NCBI GenBank assembly: GCA_004022145.1
Contig: RCNU01000014.1
Reading direction: 5' to 3' (one strand)
Length of the DNA stretch: 64,000 nucleotides
From: Paecilomyces variotii
Lineage: Eukaryota
Part shown: one piece after another, positions 43,722 to 55,734 of the stretch
Layout of the letters: each line of letters starts with the position of its first letter
How positions within the stretch are numbered: position 1 is the first letter of the stretch
The notes under the pieces: generated by a model
Told to the model about the DNA's origin: nothing
Seen by the model: the letters and a program-made list of their open reading frames with translations, nothing else
The model's database searches: none
Translations under genes and position numbers: made by a program

Positions 43722-44196
43722 CAGGGTTGCTACATTGACGATGGCCTTTTGTTGAAAGAAACGCTTGACAAATTGCATCTTGCAAGACATGCTTCTCAGA
43801 TGATTCCTAGAAGACCCGGGCATCGTTTGGAAAAGGAGGACATTACGGTCAATAGTCTAGCATTAGCACGAGCACTGCCAAGACCAGAGGAAACTGAAGA
43901 TGCGCGGTAGACTTGACGACGTCGAGGCTCGAGTCCTGGGTGACTGATATGCATGAACTGGATATCCCAACTGCAAGTGTCGTCTGAATTCGGCGTTTTA
44001 CAATAATCTTTCTCTTTAATAGTCAGTTGAGTTAAGTTAGACGAATCGGGACGTGTATGACTAAGCCGACTGAGCGGACGAGCCCGCGGATGGCCCGGAA
44101 TCAAAGACAAGGAGAGAAAGACCAAGCCTCATCTTGTCTTCGTGGCATTGTTGCCTGTAACTAATTGCTGAGGATGATGAAAAAGCCCGAGTCGCG

Positions 44197-46071
44197 ATGT
44201 CGGCCAGTCCGCCTCCTCCGTATAGCGCTGATCCTCCAGAACGCTTCCAGATCAGGCGGAAGCCCGTCCTGACGTCCCCCGCTGTCCTAGCATCTCCAGC
44301 GCAGCCGGAGCGGCCCCGTCTGAACAACGGCGATTCCGCCAGTTCAGGCCCACGCGAGATCTTTCCAGGGAGAATCCTGGACTCTCACTCTCCGCTCTAT
44401 GCAAGCCCGGTACAAAGTCGTGTCTCTACCGGCCTGCGACCCTCTTCCGCAGGCGCGAGCTCGAACGCTGGCCGTAGCGCAGTCTCATGTCCGCCTCCTG
44501 GAGCGGAGTCATCGACGGCGCTATCATTTGCCCAAAAGGCATATCAGGAAGCATGTCACTTCGCCGGGGGTCTCATCCATCATCCTACGGAGAGTACAAA
44601 GCACTTTACAATTCTACGACACTCCCATGGCATAGTATTCTATCAGGGAAGCAGTACTTCCCTCGCCATCTCGATCTTTTCCGACGTTGCACTGCCACCT
44701 GACCGCACCATTTGGCTCCAGAACAAGGGCTGGACAGGCAAGACGGGAATGCGAGCCAAGGCCTTGTTTGGATTTACTGGGGACTGGCTGGATGTCACCC
44801 CCACAACTGCCGTCCGACCGGTGCAGTTGGATCCTAGCGACGAGCGCGCGTGGCAGCGGGATATCGCGAAGTTCCGTAAGAAAGGCCCTAAAGACGTTCG
44901 GGAGCGACACCGGCTACGCGAGACGGCTGTGGTACGAATTCCCGTCGAGGCTGGAGATGGGTATTTTCAGTTAGTCCTTTGCCAAGGGGATAAGAAGAAG
45001 ACCTTGTGCAATAGCCCCGTCTTCCGTGTACTGTCGACATCATTAGATCCGAGTTCGATCAGGGGTGCCAGTCTAAGCACTTTGCCGCTGGAACTGGGTG
45101 TGATGGCCTTGAGCTCAACGGCAAGAAGTGCTTTTAGCACAGCGGTCCAACCTGTGACGACAGCGCTGCAGAATACCGTCCAGGGTGCGGTCCAGCGAGC
45201 CCTCCCTTCGTCCGCAGACCAGATAGCAGCGTCTGCGCTCCTTGATTTGACTGGAATACAGGACAAAGTAACCTCTGTAGTTGACGGCAATGATGACGAC
45301 GAGAATGACGACGACCAGGCCAACACATCTCTAACCACTGGTGGAGGACTGCCGGATGTCTCACGGGGTCCGCAGCCACCGTTTCCGCTCTACTTTGTTG
45401 CTCGCTGTGAAGGCCCTACCATGAACCAAATCCAGTTTCCGAGTGGCCTGGCGATGAACCTCAGCGGTCTATCGGATTTACTCGCTCGAAGACTATACGG
45501 TCACTACTTCGGTTGGGTCCGCATTCTTCGCAAGTCCGAGAAGGAGAAAGCTGCAGGAGGCACCTGGTATCAAGCTTTGATCAGCGCGTCGCAAGTGGAT
45601 GTTTCGCAACTGGATCGTGTAAATGTGGCCCGTGTTATAAAGAAGCGATTCACTCTTCGCCCAGTTGTCGATAGTGGAGATATCCCATTTTCAGGTGAGA
45701 AGCTCGAAGTGCAGGTGATGGGATTCATTCGTCCGGACGAGCCAGTCAAGCTGCCCGCCGCGGAGAAAGGAACGAACATTAGTGATCAAGAATCCTTTGA
45801 TGCTGCGCTTCTTAAGGAAGCCTCAGACATTTCTATTGCACAGCACGCTCTAGGCCATCCTGCTTGGAGCCCTGAAGTACTCTTCCGCGGTAGCAGTCAG
45901 GAAGAGAGACTTGGTTGGCTTGATAGAGCCAAGAATGGTTTTGTGTCCACAAAGACGACAGTAGAAAGGCATATAGAGCGAGTTCCCCTGCGCAGACTCG
46001 GTGTTCGCGTTGGGACAGATGAGTTGAAAGACAAGGCCGTGGCAGCAAATGGTTTCTATGTCCCCAGGTGA
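44197..46071 (+). CDS. Conserved fungal hypothetical protein with a C-terminal riboflavin-kinase-like region (tentative)
   Basis: 624-aa ORF with conserved block HFAGGLIHHPTESTKHFTILRHSHG...RIPVEAGDGYF. C-terminal GHYFGWV and VMGFIRP resemble the RFK GVYFGW and LGYIRP motifs. Confidence 0.75.
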   Translation: MSASPPPPYSADPPERFQIRRKPVLTSPAVLASPAQPERPRLNNGDSASSGPREIFPGRILDSHSPLYASPVQSRVSTGLRPSSAGASSNAGRSAVSCPPPGAESSTALSFAQKAYQEACHFAGGLIHHPTESTKHFTILRHSHGIVFYQGSSTSLAISIFSDVALPPDRTIWLQNKGWTGKTGMRAKALFGFTGDWLDVTPTTAVRPVQLDPSDERAWQRDIAKFRKKGPKDVRERHRLRETAVVRIPVEAGDGYFQLVLCQGDKKKTLCNSPVFRVLSTSLDPSSIRGASLSTLPLELGVMALSSTARSAFSTAVQPVTTALQNTVQGAVQRALPSSADQIAASALLDLTGIQDKVTSVVDGNDDDENDDDQANTSLTTGGGLPDVSRGPQPPFPLYFVARCEGPTMNQIQFPSGLAMNLSGLSDLLARRLYGHYFGWVRILRKSEKEKAAGGTWYQALISASQVDVSQLDRVNVARVIKKRFTLRPVVDSGDIPFSGEKLEVQVMGFIRPDEPVKLPAAEKGTNISDQESFDAALLKEASDISIAQHALGHPAWSPEVLFRGSSQEERLGWLDRAKNGFVSTKTTVERHIERVPLRRLGVRVGTDELKDKAVAANGFYVPR

Positions 46072-49000
46072 CAAATCGTTCCATTGGAGACGGGTCTGTC
46101 ATTTTTTGTTCCATTAATCTTCTATCATGTGTGTATAGTCTTCTCTTAATGTAATTTTGTTTAATACTACACCTATCTACTGTCGAATCCTGATGCACGA
46201 AAGCATGGCTCTTTATATGAATACCAAGAGATAAAGCTCGTATGAAAAGGGTTCATAAATGCTGTGCAAGTAGGGGGGAAGAGTGATATCAAGAAGTCTA
46301 GGTTCCTCTAATGCTAAAGATGTCGCTACATACATAAGGTCATGTGACCTATATTATATGCCTTTATACCAGATCTAGTATAGCAGGATCCCCCTCTAGA
46401 AAAGACCTATCCTAGGGCTTAGCAATAATATAAAAAATCTTAATATAAGAAAATACTAATATAAATACTAGAATATTAATATAAAAACTATTTCTCTTTA
46501 GTAAGTATTTAGCAAATCTCCTCTAAGACCTATATAATCCTATTATCTAAAATTATATTTATTATATCTATTAAATTAAGTATTTCTAAAAAAATTAATA
46601 TTAGTATATAGCGGGCTATATTATCTACTATTATTAATAATTAATATGCCTAATCTCTTAAATTATAAATATGCTGCTAATAATAGATCTCTATATCTTA
46701 TATTATATTTAGTATAGGGAAGTTATTATTTCCTATATTAATACTTTAATTAAATAATATAAGATAATATTATACTTAACTACCTCTTAGTAATATAGTC
46801 TTCTTAATAATTATTATAGGTTTTATAAGAAGCTTCTTTAAAATTCTTATATTTATTATACCCTATTTTATTCTTATATCTATAGATATTTATTATTATG
46901 TTATTATATTTATAGTTATTATATTATCTTTAGGTATATAGTTATTAATTATAATAGTTATATTATTGCTATCCTTATTATTATCTATCTCTATATTATT
47001 ATTTTATACCTAATATTATAATAGTAATATAATATACTTCTTAATTAGCATTTTATAATTAGCTAATATATCTTAGTTAATCCTAGGTCTAATATTATAG
47101 CAATTATATTATTTATTATCTTATTCTATTTAATACTATATAAAATTATCTAGTTAATATATATATTTATTACTTATCTTTAAGATAGATAGTAGTTTAT
47201 ATATTAAAGCTAATATCTTTTATTATACTTTATAGGGGACCTTATACTTATTAAATTAAAAGATTAATATTTCTTAGATTATATAAATACTCTTATCTAT
47301 TATCTATAGGCTATAATAATATAGAGAAAAGCTGTAAAATATATAATAATAATTATACTTAGGGTAATATACCTTATTACTATATTAAAGCTATATTATA
47401 GGACCTATTAATATATAAAAATAGTAGATATACTCTTAAGTATTAAAATCTGCTAATTATTTTACTGCCCTTTTTATTATAAAGACTATTTTAATAATTA
47501 TATAGACCTAGGCATTATATAGCTTTACATACTATAATAAATAGCTATATATATCTAGGTCCTAAACTATATTAACTAGGCTTTATATATTAAATATTAC
47601 TATATCTATATATCCTAGCTTTAGATATAATTTCTCTCTAGATTTATCTTTATTTTACTATATATTAGGAATAATAATACTTTTTATTATACTTAATATA
47701 TTAAGTTATTAAATAAATATATTATAATAACTAATACTAATAATATTAATAATTAATTATAAAACACAATATATTAAAGAGATAGAGTATAAGTTAAGGC
47801 ATAAGTTAAAGAAATAAAATTATAATATATAAAGAAGTATAATTATAATATAATATATAAGTTAAAAAAATAAGGCATAAGCTAAGAATATTAATATTTA
47901 AGATAAAATAACTAGTATTAATTATATAAGATTAGTAATATTTAGAGCTATACCTTAAAAGATAAAATTATTATAAAAATTAGTAAGGTATAAGTATAAT
48001 AGCTATTTTACTTAAATAATAGTTTAAATAAGTAAATCTATTAGTTCTTAAAGTAGTTTTATCTTACTTCTAAATATAATTTACTTAGTATTTATTTTAT
48101 ATTACCTATTAAAATCTCTATAATAGTTCTAAAATATTCTCCTTAAGATTAATAATAGGTTCCTATATCTTATTACTGTCTTTCTATTTTATTAAATACT
48201 AGTCCCTTATTTAGTAAAGAATATAATAAATTTTATATTCTTTATAATCTTATATTATAATTAAAGCTAATAACTATATTATCCTTTAATAAGTATTAGT
48301 ATAGGCTTACTCTAAATAGATAACTAATATTATAGGATAAATATCCTAGTCTTTTAGAAGATTTAACTTATAAGCTAATTGTTTAATATAGTATTTAATC
48401 TTAAATAAACCTTTTATTACTAGCGATAACTTTAATAATTATAATATTATATACCCTATCTTTTTAAGATATTTAGTTAAGTAAATATAAATATTATTAT
48501 ATAATAATAGCAGCTTATAGGCGGCATTAAATATTAAGGCTATTTTTACTTGCGCAAGATCTATAGTATTTAATATAGCAGTATAAATCTATTTCTATAT
48601 AGTAATAAAGTTATTATTAATATTAGTTAGACCTAATAAAATATAAGGATAAATACTATATAGGATCTTAAATAATAATATCTTAGTAAACTTATTAGAC
48701 AGCATATTATTAGCCTATTTAATATTAGGTAGTATTATAGCCTAAACTGCCTTATATTGCTTAATTAAAAGATAGTATAATATTATCTCTATTATAGCAT
48801 TAATTCTTTCTAATTAATTATTAATACTAGAATAATATACTGTAGTTATTTTAAGCTTTATATAATATATCTTAAATATCTCCTGCTAAAAGGCGCTTAT
48901 AAACTATATATCTTAATTAGAAATAATAGCTTTAAATAAATTCTAATCCTTAATAACTATAGCAAATAATACCTATATTTATTTTATTATACTCTATAAC

Positions 49001-52000
49001 TTATAACCTAAGATAAATTATATATACTATAAGAATTTATCTGTTATAATTAGGATAATATTATATCCTTAACTTTTAAGTAGTTCTATAATAAAATCTA
49101 TAGCCTAGATTTTAAGTAATACTAATAATATAAGAATAGGTTAATATAAACTATATTCCTTATATATATAGCGCTTTACTACTTAATATACTAGGTATAA
49201 TAAGATATAATCTACTAGCTCTATATATTCTTTAGGAAGGAAGAAGTTATCTTTTAATAAAGAATAACTCTATTTAAGGCCTAAATAGCCTAAGCTATTA
49301 TATATAATTTTAAATACTTCCTTATATAATATATAGGGAATATATAGATAATATAGTTCCTTTTATATATTATATAATATGCTATTCTTTATAGAAAATA
49401 AATAATATAAAGTATTATCTAATACTGCTAATTATTTATTAATCTTCTATATAATAGTATAAAATATAATATCTTTAATAATATTCTCCTTAATATATTC
49501 TATAAGGCTATTATCTAGCCCTAATAATATTATAATAAATATAACTATTTCTATAAATATATTTATTGCATCTATAAGAACTTAGTATAATATTTATTGC
49601 TTATCTTATATAGGATCCTTATAGCTAAAAATATAAAATAGCCTATTAATATTAGAGTAAACACACCCTTTATAATATTTAATAATTATATAAAAAAGAA
49701 ATCTAGCTAAATAAAGCGCTTAATTATTAAGTCTATAATTCTATTATATTAGATTCTATCTTTAAAGAGTATTTATTAATATAGTATAATCTATTACTAT
49801 TATAAATAGTCCTAAATTAAAATATTAAAATAGCTTAAATAATACTTAAACTAGTATATTATATTCTAATTCTATAGACTAATAATTTTATTTAGCTTTA
49901 ATAAGCTCCTTTAATAAAAACAAGACTAGATATTTAATATTATTATCTTCTATCTAGTATACTATAGCGCTATAGCCTTATTTCTTATTTTTATTAATAT
50001 AGAGTAGGAATAGTTTAATAAAATCTAGGTATATTAATATAGGAGCTAATATAATATAATTTTTTAAAAGCTATTATATATATTTAGCTTCCTTTATTAT
50101 ATCTAGTATTCTCTTAATTACTGCCTTAGCTATAAATTATTAATATATTTGCTTACTCTTTAGAGATCCTATAAAATCTCTTATTTTAAGTATATTAAAT
50201 AGCCTTATAATTATTAAAAAATATAGAATAAACTTTTAATAATAACTTATAAAGGCTAGCTTTATTTTAAATTACTGCAGTATTATAGGGAATATTATTT
50301 AATATATAGCTTATATCTTTTCTTTCTAAATAGTTATACTAAGATAAGATATATAATATTTTAACATTAATATTAAAGAGTATATAAAGTAATATTTTAC
50401 TATAGATAGAGAAATACTTAATCTCTTTAATATAGTAAATACCTTATTAAGATATTATAAGTACTATTCTTTTAACTAGCTATATATAATAATATTATTA
50501 ATATATACTAGAATAAAATCCTATAGATATTATAATAATAATCTTTCTATATAATATTAGAAAAAGCCTAGAGTTATTAATAGGCCTATTAATATTATTA
50601 TTAATTACTTAAGGCCCCTATAAGAGATAATAAATATTATTTTCTAATAATTAGATAGTTATACTAACTATTAAAAGAATTTCTTAATAATATTAAATAA
50701 TAAAAATATAGTAGCGCCCCTATATTTAGTAAGAATATTATCTTATTTTGGCAATAAATATATATTTAGAATAAGTTTTTTATTAATATATTATAGGTTA
50801 ATAACTATTTATAGCTTATTCTTATTTTATATAATAAATGCTAGTAATATAGCTAGCGCCTTCTATATTAAAGAGATATATTTTACCCGCTCTTTAATAA
50901 TTAATAAATTAAGAATAAAGTCTATAGCTTTATAATCTCTTAAGAAGAGATAAAATAGTGCTTATTTTACCCCTTTAATATTATTTTTATCGCAGAAATA
51001 TACTGGTATATTAACCTTATTATTAAATATACTAAGGCCTTTATAAAAAAGATTAGTATATTTATTTAAAATACTGCGCACCTATAATTTATATTCCTTG
51101 CCTTATATTAATAATATATCTGCTTATTCTACTATAGCACTAGTATTATTTATATTAGTTATCTTAATATTTACCGCTATTAGTATAAGATAATTAATAT
51201 TACTTATTAATTGCATTATACCTATTATTAAGATAAATACTTAAGATAAAGATATAGCTAAGGAGTTAACTAGTCCTTATCTATATAGGATAATCTCCTA
51301 TATTTATATATAATAATCTTATTTTATTATAATAGACTAAGGCTACTAATAAATTATTCTATATACTTAAATTATTATTTTTCTATAGAATAGGTATTAT
51401 TTAATATAAATATACCCCTAATATAAGATACTAATAGATATTAATTATATATCTCTAAGCAGGCTAAACTATAACTATTTTTATTATATAAATTATTTAT
51501 TTCTTCTATAATAGTTATTTATAAGATCTATTTTATAAAGACTTTACTAGTATTTAATATCTGCTAATAATAGCCTGCTATCTAGGTAAGTTAAAGATTA
51601 TTTTATTTTTAATAAAGATACTAGTATCTACTATTATATTATAGGCTAAGATAAGAATAATATAATAATATTTAGTAAATAAAGTTATCTTACTATTATT
51701 AGTAAGCAATATAATTATAATATTAAGTTAATAAGTAGAATTTATCTCTTAGTTACTAATTTTTTTTAAAACCTTTATATATGCTGCTAAAATAATATCT
51801 AAAAAATATTTATTATAATAAGCTTATAAAATATATAAAATATTTAACCCTATATTTAAGCATATAGTTAAGTTCTCTCTATTATAGATAAAATCTGCTT
51901 ATAAATATTTATACTGCTCTTAGGCCTATATAAGGGCTAAAGGCTATCTTTCTATAAATTATAATACCTCCTTATCTCTAATTTTTTTTAGTTTTCCTTA

Positions 52001-52224
52001 TTAATAAGAATAGCTTTAAAAGCCTTTAAGATTTCTAGATTCTTAGTATTTATATTATTATCTAATATTATAGCTATATAAATATAAGCGTCTTTTTATA
52101 TAAGATAGTTATTATCCTAATACTAAGCTCTATAATAATAATATAGATATAATAATAATTATTTTTTATAGGGTTATTATAGTGAATATAATAATTAAAT
52201 ATTTTTACCCTTATCTTTAAATAC

Positions 52225-52552
52225 TGTTGTAGGAAGACATGTTAAGACTCAGCATAGAGTCTTTGAGCAAGTAGGTATTGAGAAGGAAAAGAAGGGGATT
52301 CGGCTTCGGAGCTCAGAGTAGAGCTAAAAGAGAAGCTCTGGCTGTGGACTAACATAATAAACCAATAATAATCTAATGCTGAACTAATACTGAACAATAA
52401 TAGAAAGGAAAAGCTGATTATTTTATTTTAAATAATTAAAAGATATTATCTCCCTCTTCTCTTGCTTTACTTATAGACCTTTTAAAGACTTTAAGTAAAA
52501 GCATATAATCTTTTAATTAATTATATTCTTTATACCGATCCTCCCTATTATA
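52225..52552 (-). repeat. 3' LTR of the nested Gypsy element
   Basis: 328 bp, colinear with 62137-62464; differences are overwhelmingly C/T and G/A transitions. Confidence 0.93.
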
Positions 52553-52554
52553 TA

Positions 52555-52568
52555 GCCTCCCCTCCTCT
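52555..52568 (-). other. Polypurine tract of the nested element
   Basis: Minus strand AGAGGAGGGGAGGC lies just 5' of the 3' LTR. Confidence 0.85.
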
Positions 52569-52649
52569 GAGAGCAGATGCCCCTGTCTGTCTTCTTTAGT
52601 TATCACAGTCTACCCTATCTCCTCTTTTTAATACTATGAATTGTTCCTA

Positions 52650-55440
52650 AAGCAGGAATGCTCCAGTTTCCGGTATTATATATATCTTAAAACCCCTAAC
52701 TTATAAAGCTGAGTTCCTTTCCTCCGCAGATAATCTCAAACTAATAATATATCTTATTTTAGTATAAAATATAGCTTTACTTTAACTTCTAAGCAATCCC
52801 AGTTTAGCTGACTAAATATCGCTCTATCTATAACTATAACTCTATTCACCTAGATATTAAAAGGCCCAGATCCTCCTTAATTAGATCTTATCTTATCTTG
52901 CTCCCTATAATTAAAACAGCAGATATTATTAAGATCTGTTTCTTAATTCTCTAATACTAGCTGACGCAAATTGCTGATAAAGGTTACTTCTCCCTGCCTA
53001 AGTGCAATGTCTTTTGGGCCCATAGTTTCCTCAGACTTATCTCTGGCAATTAGTCCAGTCCCTAGGGTTGTAAAGCTCCAGCCTATTCCTCCCTTGGGGA
53101 TGGCAGTCTCTGTATTTAATGCTCTTGGCTTATATCCCCTAAGATACCAGACCTGCAGCCTATATTTGCTGTAACTATGTAGCGCTAACCAGATTAAATA
53201 GATCTAGATATCTTGTATAATAATCTTTTAGAGAATACTTTTAGATAAGTTCTTAAGCCCTATTAATCCTTCACCCTCCTTCTTATAATAAAGGGCTGCT
53301 TTCGCTTCTGTAGTGGTATATTATAGCATCCCTTTAGCTAGTTTCCCTTCAAAGGGCATGATCTGGAAAACCCTATTCGCTTCCTAACGGTTAAAGTCCT
53401 CCCTTATTGCGATACCTAACTGGATATATTAGTCCCGTATCTTATTCAGGGTGAAGTCTTCTTTGCTTAGGTCGAAATATTTTCCGTCCCTATATTTGGA
53501 TTTGGGATACTCTTTAGCCCTATATAGGTTGTCTCGGGCTTCACAATATAAGCTGCTAGGTATATTACTGGAAGTATCTGTATCAATCAACCCAAGATCT
53601 CTGAATGGTCAAACTATCCCTAATGCTGGGGATTTCTTGGGGAGAAGGTTTTCGGATAAGGATTCTTTAATTTTTATATTATCTCTATCTTCTATACTTT
53701 CAGGACTTCTTAGAATGGGACTCTTTATTCTTTCTTTAATCTGGCTGTTGCTGGGTATGCCTGGCATCTGCTCGGCCTCTATATCATTTTTGAACTGTAT
53801 AGTTCTGGCGTTCTACATATCTTTCAGGTGCCTGGTTTCTTTCTTAATAAAAGGATCTTTCAGGTTTACCGCAGAAAAGGAGGTCTTCATATTAATTTCT
53901 AAAACTCTGCTAAGAGGTTCTATTGCTTATTCATTTTTAGAGGTTTTACTTATAGACCGTTCAGTTTCTTCAAGCGAACTTCTATAAGAATAGGTTATTA
54001 TTCTGAATAGTCCCTTCTTTTACTGCTTTACTACCGCCAGCTTTATATTTCTGACTGCTTTTAATACTCCTCTAGCTTCTTTCCTAGACATGTCCTCCCT
54101 TATACTAATTATATTGGCCAATAATTATATATGAGGCTTGCAGATTAAGTCAATCTTCCTAGAATTAACCCATTATAAAACTTCTCCGACCTCCTCAGCG
54201 CTTATATTCAGTCTACTTAGCCAGGACTATACTTTAGTTTCCCCCTTATCCAGGCAGCAATAATCCTTAAGGTTAGTGTTAAGTCTCTATCCCTATTAAA
54301 ACTATTTCCAGTAGTCCGCACTAGTATTCCAGGATTTGAGATTATTGTCACCATCTATAAGTGTTTTCAACCTTTTTCTAAGGATATTATCTTTTGTACT
54401 CTTTAATCCCATTGCGCTTTGCACTTCTTTAATATAAACTTAGCATATAGCGGCGGGTTTAATCCTTTCTTCCCTTAAAAGTTCTAGTATTTCTTTACCT
54501 TCTAGATTAATAATGGCCTTTTCTATTAATATAGATATGCCAATCTTATATTTATATCCTTTTTCTGGCCGTTTCCCCTTATCTTAAGTCTTAAGCTTTT
54601 TTTCCCCTTTTGGCTTCTTAGGACTTTTAATCCTTTTTTTCCCTTTTTCCTTCTCCTCTATGCTTTCCTCTCCTTTATTTAATATTAAATCTATTAATAA
54701 GCTCTTATCTAAATCTTCTATCTAATATTCTTCTTTTTCTCCTATAATCTCCTCTAGAAGATTATTCTCCCCTACTCTTATTTCAACCTCTTACAGCTCT
54801 TTATTAGTAGGCTTTTAAGGAATTGGTCCTTCTCCGCTGAGGGCTTTTTTTAAAATATCTTTTGCCTTTCTAATATTAGTTAGTTAAAGGCTCTTTTTAG
54901 TTAGTATTCCTTATCTCCCAATATTATAAAGTCTGTTAACCTGTGCTCTTGCCAGATATACAGCTACTATTCTCCAGTCTCTAATACTAGAAGCTAATCC
55001 TCCTATAGCTATTAAGGTCTGGTATAACTTTCTAATAATTGATAAGACTTGGTCTATAGTCTCCTAGCTCTATTTCTCTATGGCTTTGCAATAACCTTTA
55101 TTAGCATATTTATAGTTCTTTTCTGCTCATATTTTTAATTCTTTTAGCTCGTCAACAGCCAGTACTTCTTTTTTTCTTGCTTTTTCTAATAGCTCCTATT
55201 AATTCAGAAAATCATAAAAATTACTGGCTGCTTTATTATATCTGCTTTAAAAATTTAAAATAATTACTGCTATATTGCTTATAAACTAAATCTTCTCTTC
55301 TTTATTATTGGCCTTATTTATTATCTCCTTTATAAGCTTACAAATTTCGCTAATTGTAATATATATATATATTCTAAGTTAAAGAGCTTTGTCCTGACAA
55401 ACAACATTTTGTATTTCTAATATGTTTTTTTTTATTTTTA
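52650..55440 (-). pseudogene. Extra ORF (ORF3) of the nested retrotransposon, ~930 codons, RIP-stopped, unknown function
   Basis: Hand translation stays in one minus-strand frame across ~2.8 kb, with long stop-free stretches and only TAA/TAG/TGA interruptions compatible with C>T or G>A change. The ends are approximate. Confidence 0.7.
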
Positions 55441-55734
55441 ATGTGTATCTTCGCAGAGCGACTTTTTAAAATGGTTTTTAAGTGAAAAGATATATTTAAA
55501 AGGTAAGATAGGGTTAAGTTTAGCTTAATTTGGTCTCCAGTCACTTCCGCTATAGTATTATATAATATAAAAAATAAGGTTTTTATAATAAGGTGAGGAT
55601 TCTTTATTTATTGCTTATATTCTTTATCTAATATTTTCTATTTTTAGCTTTGTTTATAGACTTTTTTAAGATATTTAAGCCAATATCACATATTTTTCAG
55701 TTATCTCTCTTTTTCTTCTTTCTTAATTATTATT

